Origin: an uncultured Vicinamibacteraceae bacterium
Lineage (GTDB): Bacteria; Planctomycetota; Phycisphaerae; Phycisphaerales; UBA5793
Direction: 5' to 3'
Assembly: GCA_964585855.1 (NCBI GenBank)
Contig: CAZPFK010000008.1
Location: forward strand, 1 to 62,469
DNA length: 62,469 nucleotides
The translations under genes and the position numbers were made by a program. Within the stretch, counting starts at the first letter, position 1. Every line of letters starts with the position of its first letter. This document shows, one piece after another, positions 56,211 through 62,469 of the stretch. The notes beneath the pieces are model-generated. The model searched no databases, had not been told where the DNA came from, and saw only the letters and a list, made by a program, of their open reading frames with translations.

Positions 56211-58826
56211 TTACGGGTTGACGGCCTTGTTGACGGTGTTGGACTTCACCGAATCAGCGCCGTTTGCACCCCGTCGGGCGACGGCCTGCAGGTGAACGGT
56301 CAGACCGATCGGGGCCTGAGGCGGAATCGTCGCGACAAACTGCGCAGTACCGCCGGCATCGGCGAGGTCGTCGCCGAGAAGGGTGACGGGGTTGAGCAGG
56401 TCGATGCACAGACCGCCCAGTTGCGGCAGGCAGGGGCCGTTGCCGGTTCCGGCGAGACTGTACAGGAAGTAGACACGTTCCTGCGGCAGGGCGTCGGTGA
56501 CGGTGAGCGTGGCGGGCTGACCACGCTGCAGATCGGTGGCGCTGAGGGTGAAGTCAGCCGGCGGAGCATCGACGGTTCCGGGAAGGATGATGACGCCGAC
56601 GTACCACCAGCGGCCGTTGTCAACCTGCACGGCGACGGCGAGGTCGGAAACACCGTCTCCGGTGAAGTCCCCGAACTCGAGGTCGTAGGCCTGTTCGCCG
56701 ACGCCGTAGCGCTGAAGCCGCTCGTAGGTTCCATCGCCCTGGTTCGTCCAGAAGGAGACATCCTGAGCGCCGAAGGTCGCGGTCATGGCGTCAGGCCAGC
56801 CGTCGCCGGTGGCGTCGCCGAGAACGATGCCGCTGGTGTGGTCCTGCTTGTCGTAGGAGCCGAAGTAGTTCTGATTCAGGAAGAAGTTGCCGTCGCCCCG
56901 GCCGCGCCGGACGCTCAGGCCCGTCTCGTCGAGGTTGTAGACGGCGATGAAGTCCAGGTTTCCATCGCTGTCAACGTCGCCGACGTCGAAGGCGTGAGCA
57001 TCGCGGCCAGTCGAGACAGTGAAGGTCGGGCCGAACGAACCATTCCCGAGGCCGAAACTGATCTGGGCATAGCCCTGAACGCCGGTATTGGTGAGGGCGT
57101 CGAGAAATCCGTCGGCATCGAAGTCGCCGAGGCCGATGGCGTCGCCGTATCCGTCGAGTTCCGTGCGCACTGAAGTGGAGAAGGCACCGGCGCCGTTGTT
57201 CTTGACGACCTCGATGAAGAAGCCCATGGCGATGACGATGTCGAGGTCGCCGTCGTTGTCGATGTCGCGCATCTCGAAGTCGTCGGTGCCGAACTTGTTG
57301 ACGGAGACGACCAGCGGACCCAGCGTGCCGTCGCCGTTGTTGAATCGAATCTTGAAGCGGCCGTTGGCGTCGAACCAGATCACATCGTCGTCCCCGTCGC
57401 CGTCCACATCCGCCGCCTCGATGGCGACGGGATAGATGGTGTCGGGGTAGGCCTCGATCGGGCCGAAGGATCCGTCGCCGTTGCTTCGTCGGACGCTGAT
57501 GCCGAATGAGTTCTCAAAGTCGGAGCGATATCCGATGATCAGGTCGAGATGGCCGTCGTCATCAAGGTCGACGGCCTCGAGGTTCGTCGGGAAGGCGGGG
57601 GAGATGTCCGGGGAGGTCATGTCCAGGGGGACGGGCTGCACGAACTGGCCCTGACCGGGGTTGAGGTAGACGCAGGCCTCGAGTGAGTTCTTCGCGACGA
57701 CGACGACATCAAGCGCTCCGTCGCCGTTCAGGTCGGGCGCCTCCATCGAAATCGGGGTCTCGCCGGCCCGAAAGCGCCGTGGTTGCCCGAGGTCCCCTGA
57801 GCCGTTGCCGGGCAGGAGGTACCAGGCGTCGGAAGCGGCCAGCACATCGGGCCAGCCGTCGCCGGTGATGTCGGCCGTGGTGATGTTGATCGCGCCGCCG
57901 CTGTAATGGTTGAAGGAGTGAAACTCCGGGCCCGAGAGCGAGCCGCTGCCGTTGTTGCGCCACAGAGCCAGGCCGCCGGAGCCGATCCCTCCGGTGTCCT
58001 GATTGGAGAAGAAGACGTCGAGGTCGCCGTCGAGGTCGACGTCGGCCAGATGAATACAGGGGAGTTCCGGTATCGACCCTGCGGTGTAGCCCGGCACGGT
58101 GGCCCCTTGAGTGAAGGTCCCGTCGCCGTCGTTTCGCATGACGACGAAGCGGTTGGTCTCGTTGCCGACGACGATGTCGGGCGCGCCGTCACCGGTAAGG
58201 TCGCCGGAGTCGATCGCGCGAGTGCCGCCGGGCAGGGTGTAGACCTGACCGTTCAGGAATCCGCCGGCTCCGTTGCTGAGCATCACGGACATGGAGTTTC
58301 CGAACTCGATGTAGCGATCGTGAGCGACAGCAAGGTCGGGCCAGCCGTCTCCGTTGAAGTCGGCGGTGGTGATGCTGGAAGGACCGTTCTGGTTGCAGTT
58401 GACGAATCCCGTCTCGGTAAAGTTCCCGGCCCCGTCGTTCTCGAAGATGGAGAGCGTGAAGCCCTCCCAGAATCGGCCGGTATCGCAGACGATCAGGTCG
58501 ATGTCGCCGTCGAGATCGAAGTCGACGGCCTCGAGGTCGAGACTCTCAAGGAAGATCGGGTAGGTCTCAGGGGCCTCGTAGCCGCCGGCACCGTCGCCGA
58601 AGAGAATGGACATCCAGGGCGTGCCGTTGAACGCGCAGGTCGCCAGGTCGGGCACGCCGTCGCCGTTGAAATCAGCCACGCGCGAGGACCAGGGGTCGAT
58701 GCCCTCGGGGTAGACGGCCGTCTCGTACCCCATCCAGGGGGCTTCAAAGTAGGTCGGACGGGCCTGTCCGAAGACCGCTCCCGTGAGGATCAGAGACAGA
58801 CCTGCAAGTCTCGAGGGGGTGCGCAT
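56211..58826 (-). CDS. Secreted FG-GAP/VCBS repeat protein, tandem paralogue
   Basis: ATG 58826 follows GGAAGGAG, with signal peptide MRTPSRLAGLSLILTGAVFG. The ORF-track start 59024 adds an Arg/Ser-rich non-protein-like extension. Same repeat architecture and C-terminal module as 53473..56160. Confidence 0.85.
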   Translation of the reverse strand: MRTPSRLAGLSLILTGAVFGQARPTYFEAPWMGYETAVYPEGIDPWSSRVADFNGDGVPDLATCAFNGTPWMSILFGDGAGGYEAPETYPIFLESLDLEAVDFDLDGDIDLIVCDTGRFWEGFTLSIFENDGAGNFTETGFVNCNQNGPSSITTADFNGDGWPDLAVAHDRYIEFGNSMSVMLSNGAGGFLNGQVYTLPGGTRAIDSGDLTGDGAPDIVVGNETNRFVVMRNDGDGTFTQGATVPGYTAGSIPELPCIHLADVDLDGDLDVFFSNQDTGGIGSGGLALWRNNGSGSLSGPEFHSFNHYSGGAINITTADITGDGWPDVLAASDAWYLLPGNGSGDLGQPRRFRAGETPISMEAPDLNGDGALDVVVVAKNSLEACVYLNPGQGQFVQPVPLDMTSPDISPAFPTNLEAVDLDDDGHLDLIIGYRSDFENSFGISVRRSNGDGSFGPIEAYPDTIYPVAIEAADVDGDGDDDVIWFDANGRFKIRFNNGDGTLGPLVVSVNKFGTDDFEMRDIDNDGDLDIVIAMGFFIEVVKNNGAGAFSTSVRTELDGYGDAIGLGDFDADGFLDALTNTGVQGYAQISFGLGNGSFGPTFTVSTGRDAHAFDVGDVDSDGNLDFIAVYNLDETGLSVRRGRGDGNFFLNQNYFGSYDKQDHTSGIVLGDATGDGWPDAMTATFGAQDVSFWTNQGDGTYERLQRYGVGEQAYDLEFGDFTGDGVSDLAVAVQVDNGRWWYVGVIILPGTVDAPPADFTLSATDLQRGQPATLTVTDALPQERVYFLYSLAGTGNGPCLPQLGGLCIDLLNPVTLLGDDLADAGGTAQFVATIPPQAPIGLTVHLQAVARRGANGADSVKSNTVNKAVNP

Positions 58827-59020
58827 GATTTCATGCTCCTTCCATCCCGTTCCGTTGGATGGCCGCCAGCGGTGGGCAGCCGAAGTGTGCCGGATGCAAC
58901 ATCCGTGCCACGCAAGGGTCAGACGTCGCGAATCAGGGATTGATGGCGAGATAGCAGGATTACTGCGCCGATGGCGGAACTTTCCCCATCGCCCCAGGTC
59001 CGCCGGCGCCGACGCCTGCG

Positions 59021-60223
59021 TCAAATTTTGGCCAGTCGGCCCGAAAGCGCCCGCTCCAGGTCCTCGATCAGGTCATCAACATGCTCGATGCCGACGGAGA
59101 GTCGACAGAGGTTGTCGTCGATGCCGAGCTGGCGGCGAATGTCCGGGGGAACCGAGGCGTGCGTCATGATCGCCGGGTGGTCGACGAGCGACTCCACGCC
59201 GCCCAGCGACTCCGCCAGCGAGAAGACGCGGACCTTCTCCAAGAACTCGCGTGACTCCTCCAGTCCGCCCTCCAGCCAGATGGTGACGATGCCGCCGCCG
59301 GCAGGTCGGCCGTTGAGGAGCATCTGCTTCTGTGCAATCGCGTACTGCGGGTGGGAGGGAAGCGCCGGATAGGCGACGCGTTCCACCGAGGAGTGTTGCT
59401 CCAGCCACCGGGCCACGGCCAGGGCGTTTTCACAGTGCCGCTGCATGCGGATCGGCAGCGTCTTGAGACCGCGAAGAACGAGGTACGAGTCGAACGGCCC
59501 GAGGACGGAGCCGACCGCCTTCTGCAGAAATCGCAGCCGCTCCGCGAGGTCGGGCCGGTTGGTCGCCAGCGTTCCGCCGACGACATCGCTGTGGCCGCCG
59601 AGGTACTTCGTCGCGGAATGAACGACAATGTCGAAGCCGAGTTCAATGGGCCGCTGGAGGATGGGTGATGCGAAGGTGTTATCGCAGACGCTGATCAGGC
59701 CGTGCTTCGACGCAATCGCCGCCAGGGCTGCGAGGTCAACGACTTTCAGCGTCGGGTTGGTCGGCGTCTCCACCCAGAGCATGCGGGTCTTATTGGTGAT
59801 CGCCGCTTCGAGGGCAGCCGGGTCGGTCATGTCCACGTAGGAGACGTTGAGCCCCTGGGAGCGCTTCCGCACGTTGCTCAGGAGGCGATAGGAGCCGCCG
59901 TAGAGGTCATCCATGGCGACGATGTGATCGCCGGCGTCGAGCAGCTCGAGGATGGTGCCCATCGCCGCCATTCCTGACGCGAAGGCCAGTCCGCCCCAGG
60001 TCGGGTCATCCGTCACGTTCGCGCCTTCGAGGGCGGCGATGCAGCGCTCAAGCGCGTAGCGCGTCGGGTTCTGGGCGCGGGAGTAGTCGTAGCCCTTGTG
60101 AACGCCCGGCGAATCCTGAACATACGTGCTCGAAACGCTGATCGGCGGCATGATGGCGCCGGTCGCGGGATCGGGCGACTGACCGCCGTGAATGGCCAGA
60201 GATTCCAGACGCAGGTTGTCCAT
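59021..60223 (-). CDS. Cystathionine gamma-lyase/gamma-synthase family PLP enzyme
   Basis: Cys/Met-metabolism PLP family: YSRAQNPT and SATKYLGGHSDVVGG (PLP Lys). Confidence 0.9.
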   Translation of the reverse strand: MDNLRLESLAIHGGQSPDPATGAIMPPISVSSTYVQDSPGVHKGYDYSRAQNPTRYALERCIAALEGANVTDDPTWGGLAFASGMAAMGTILELLDAGDHIVAMDDLYGGSYRLLSNVRKRSQGLNVSYVDMTDPAALEAAITNKTRMLWVETPTNPTLKVVDLAALAAIASKHGLISVCDNTFASPILQRPIELGFDIVVHSATKYLGGHSDVVGGTLATNRPDLAERLRFLQKAVGSVLGPFDSYLVLRGLKTLPIRMQRHCENALAVARWLEQHSSVERVAYPALPSHPQYAIAQKQMLLNGRPAGGGIVTIWLEGGLEESREFLEKVRVFSLAESLGGVESLVDHPAIMTHASVPPDIRRQLGIDDNLCRLSVGIEHVDDLIEDLERALSGRLAKI

Positions 60224-60258
60224 GGGCGGACTCGGCTTTCTGCCAGGGCAAAGAAGGG

Positions 60259-61665
60259 TCAGGTGATCGCCTGCCGACGAAGGAAGTTCAACAGGTCGAT
60301 CTGCGTGATCATTCCGAAGTAGTTGCTGTCATCGGCAATCAGGGCCACCTTGCCGGCCCGGAAGATCGGCACGAGATCGTCAATCGAGGCCGACGGCGGC
60401 AGCGTTTCCAGCCGGGTGATCATGTGTTGCTCGATCGGTTCTGCAAAGCGCTTCGGCTCATTCTTGACAGCCAGCAGAAGGTCTGACTCGTCGATCAGCC
60501 CGACGATGCGGTTGTTCTCGATGACGGGGATCTGGCTGACGTCGTAGAGCTTCATCCGGCCGTGCGCCGTGGCGAGGGTATCGGATCGGCTGAGGGTGAA
60601 GTCCTCCCGGTTGAGGTGTCGCCGGGTGATCAGATCACGCAGATCGCCGAAGGCCTCTCGCTTGATGAAGCCCTGTTCGATCATCCAGAGATCCGAATAC
60701 ATCTTTCGAAGGTACTTGTTGCCCGTGTCGCACATGAAAACGCAGACCCGCTTGGGCGCCGTCTGCGCCCGGCAGTACCGAAGCGCCGCCGCCACGAGGA
60801 TGCCCGTCGAGGAACCGGCAAAGACGCCCTCCTTTGCGAGAATCTCCCGGCCGACCTCAAAGGCCTCGCGGTCGGTAATCGAATAAGCGTCGGTCACGAG
60901 ACTCAGATCGAGAATGTCCGGGATGAAGTCCTCCCCGACGCCCTCCACCAGCCACGAACCGGCCTCGGGCATCTCACCGGTCTTCACATACCGCGCAAGC
61001 ACCGATTCTGCCGGGTCGGCAAGCACGATCTCGACATTCGGATTCCTCTCCCGCAGAAACCGTCCGGTTCCAGTGATGGTTCCGCCGGAGCCGACGCCGG
61101 CGACCAGGACATCGATCTTCCCCTCCATCTGCGCCCAGATCTCCGGACCTGTTGTTCGATAGTGCGCCTCGACATTGGCCGGGTTGCCGAACTGGTTGAC
61201 GTAAAACGCGCCGGACTCATCGGCCATCCGCTGCGCCGTCTCCTGGTAGTAGTCAGGGTGGCCCTTCTGCACATCGGATCGCGTCAATACGACCTCGGCT
61301 CCGAAGGCCTTGAGGTGGTCGATCTTCTCCTGGCTCATCTTGTCGGGCATCACCACCGTCAGGCGGTAGCCCTTCAGCGCAGCGACCAGCGCCAGCCCCA
61401 GCCCGGTGTTGCCCGCCGTCGCCTCGATGATCCGATCGCCGGGCTTGCGGAGCTTTCCCTCACGCTCGGCCGCTTCGATCATCGACTTTCCGATCCGGTC
61501 TTTGATCGAACCGGCCGGGTTCATCATCTCCAGTTTGCCGAAAAGGCGGCACGGCCCCGTATCGAGCCGCTTCAGCTCGATCATGGGGGTGTTTCCGATC
61601 ATGTCCAGGACGCCGGGGTAGACCGGCGCAATGTCAGCGGGGAGGGCACGTCTCAGGTCGCTCAT
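60259..61665 (-). CDS. Cystathionine beta-synthase-like protein (CysK/CBS catalytic domain plus tandem CBS domains)
   Basis: NPAGSIKDR (PLP Lys), GNTG and GVGSGGT, plus a C-terminal CBS pair. ATG 61665 (MSDLRRALP) is preferred; the ORF-track start 61785 overlaps clpS. Confidence 0.9.
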   Translation of the reverse strand: MSDLRRALPADIAPVYPGVLDMIGNTPMIELKRLDTGPCRLFGKLEMMNPAGSIKDRIGKSMIEAAEREGKLRKPGDRIIEATAGNTGLGLALVAALKGYRLTVVMPDKMSQEKIDHLKAFGAEVVLTRSDVQKGHPDYYQETAQRMADESGAFYVNQFGNPANVEAHYRTTGPEIWAQMEGKIDVLVAGVGSGGTITGTGRFLRERNPNVEIVLADPAESVLARYVKTGEMPEAGSWLVEGVGEDFIPDILDLSLVTDAYSITDREAFEVGREILAKEGVFAGSSTGILVAAALRYCRAQTAPKRVCVFMCDTGNKYLRKMYSDLWMIEQGFIKREAFGDLRDLITRRHLNREDFTLSRSDTLATAHGRMKLYDVSQIPVIENNRIVGLIDESDLLLAVKNEPKRFAEPIEQHMITRLETLPPSASIDDLVPIFRAGKVALIADDSNYFGMITQIDLLNFLRRQAIT

Positions 61666-61720
61666 GCGCCATCGTAGCCCGCAGGCAACGCGCTTTGGAC
61701 CATCAGCGCAGTGAAATCGC

Positions 61721-62077
61721 TCACTTCGACTCAGCCGGCTCGATCGTCGCCCGCATCGAGGTCGTCGAACGCGCCAGCAGGACATCGGGCCCCCAGGCGA
61801 GAATCTGCTCGCGCTTGAGTTCCGCGCGCTCCCGATGTGTCGTTTCGCAGATCACCCGGCCTGTCTGGTCAACAACCTGCGCCATCAGGAAGGCGTCCTG
61901 AAATGACCGTCCGAATATCCGCTGCAGCATCTCGACAACGTAGGGGTAGGTGTGGTCGTTGTCATCGTGGAGGACAACATTCCACGGCGTCAACTTTTCC
62001 GGACGCGAACGGGGCTCCCGGCGCGGGCTGGTCGGCCGCTCGACAGTCGCTGTGGCCTTGTCCGGGGCGTCATTCAT
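61721..62077 (-). CDS. clpS: ATP-dependent Clp protease adaptor ClpS
   Basis: WNVVLHDDNDHTYPYVVEMLQRIFG core motif. Confidence 0.9.
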   Translation of the reverse strand: MNDAPDKATATVERPTSPRREPRSRPEKLTPWNVVLHDDNDHTYPYVVEMLQRIFGRSFQDAFLMAQVVDQTGRVICETTHRERAELKREQILAWGPDVLLARSTTSMRATIEPAESK

Positions 62078-62159
62078 GGGATTGCCTGCTCCTTGCGGGA
62101 ATCATTGAACCTACCGGCCGGTTGAGGAATTGTTGCAACAGAGCCATTGGGGACTCGTC

Positions 62160-62469
62160 ATGGTCGCTCGTACACGACCCGCCTTCACACTCATTGAACT
62201 GCTGGTGGTGATCTCCATTATCGCCCTGCTTGTGGCGCTGCTCCTGCCCGCCCTGGCCGCTGCACGGACCTCAGCCCGCGGCGCGGTGTGTCTCTCTCAA
62301 CTGCGACAGGTGGCCACCGGCTGGGCACTGTATGCTGACAACAATCGGGGCGACCTCGTGCCCGGGCAGGCCGGCCGATACGCTGATGAATCCCGCAATG
62401 TCTACTGGGTCGGTAACGGGCGGCAGTATCGCCCGCGCTGGTATGTGCAGCTCGGGGCTGAATCGGGCA
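62160..62469 (+). CDS. Prepilin-type N-terminal cleavage/methylation domain protein (DUF1559-like pseudopilin), 3'-truncated by the window edge
   Basis: MVARTRPAFTLIELLVVISIIALLVALLLPAL is a class III signal peptide with the G/A-F-T-L-I-E motif. The frame stays open to the end of the window and is not in the supplied ORF track. Confidence 0.8.
   Translation, partial: MVARTRPAFTLIELLVVISIIALLVALLLPALAAARTSARGAVCLSQLRQVATGWALYADNNRGDLVPGQAGRYADESRNVYWVGNGRQYRPRWYVQLGAESG

Noticed and set aside
53473-58826. A diversity-generating retroelement or other hypervariation mechanism acting on the FG-GAP C-terminal modules.
   Set aside because: There is no reverse transcriptase, no template-repeat copy in non-coding DNA and no adenine-specific mismatch pattern. 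The similarity is ordinary paralogy.
58827-59024. N-terminal extensions in the ORF track. Examples are 56211..59024, 20524..21843, 60259..61785, 46448..46588, 25731..25844, 35724..35834 and 18500..18601.
   Set aside because: The extensions are R/S/P-rich, lack homology and overlap neighbouring genes or promoters. Internal starts with an RBS give canonical N-termini or signal peptides.

Overview
GC-rich bacterial chromosome segment, with coding third positions almost all G/C. The gene content suggests Planctomycetota, possibly Phycisphaerae-like. That guess rests on a DUF1559-type prepilin-like protein at the 3' edge, DUF1080, DUF1570 and FG-GAP proteins, and alpha-CTD fusion proteins; it is inference, not a search result. 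Most of the window is densely packed housekeeping DNA. It includes pilD, xseBA, purC, comEA, uvrB, an ECF sigma/anti-sigma module, nuoD-nuoE and nuoF, nrdR, priA-ligA, purN, the rpmF-plsX-fabHD-fabG-acpP-fabF lipid cluster and tRNA-Lys(CTT). It also holds a mannoside-utilisation cluster (Gfo/Idh/MocA, GH130, SSS transporter, CBM9-like, GH38), two tandem FG-GAP giants, a cystathionine beta-synthase/gamma-lyase pair and clpS. The only clearly accessory part is the first ~2.4 kb. There, ~0.9 kb of non-coding, repeat-dense DNA (palindromic 29-mers, a 65-bp direct repeat, and a strictly 20-bp-phased array of 9 GGGAGA units) lies next to one visibly AT-richer orphan gene. That gene's C-terminal half resembles the nucleoside-deoxyribosyltransferase/TIR-like Rossmannoid domains of conflict systems, and inverted copies of the same small repeats lie on its other side. 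Other items worth a second look: a ~100-aa C-terminal module shared by three secreted proteins; a free-standing TPR + 2x RNA-polymerase alpha-CTD protein; a Trp-rich orphan overlapping the ligA stop; an orphan protein with a basic S/T/R tail behind a 430-bp intergenic region; a split nuoDE / nuoF arrangement; and a GH10-like protein that seems to lack both catalytic glutamates. All homology calls come from reading motifs by eye; no database search was run. Many long ORFs in the track lie antisense to or out of frame with recognisable genes and are treated as GC-driven artefacts.
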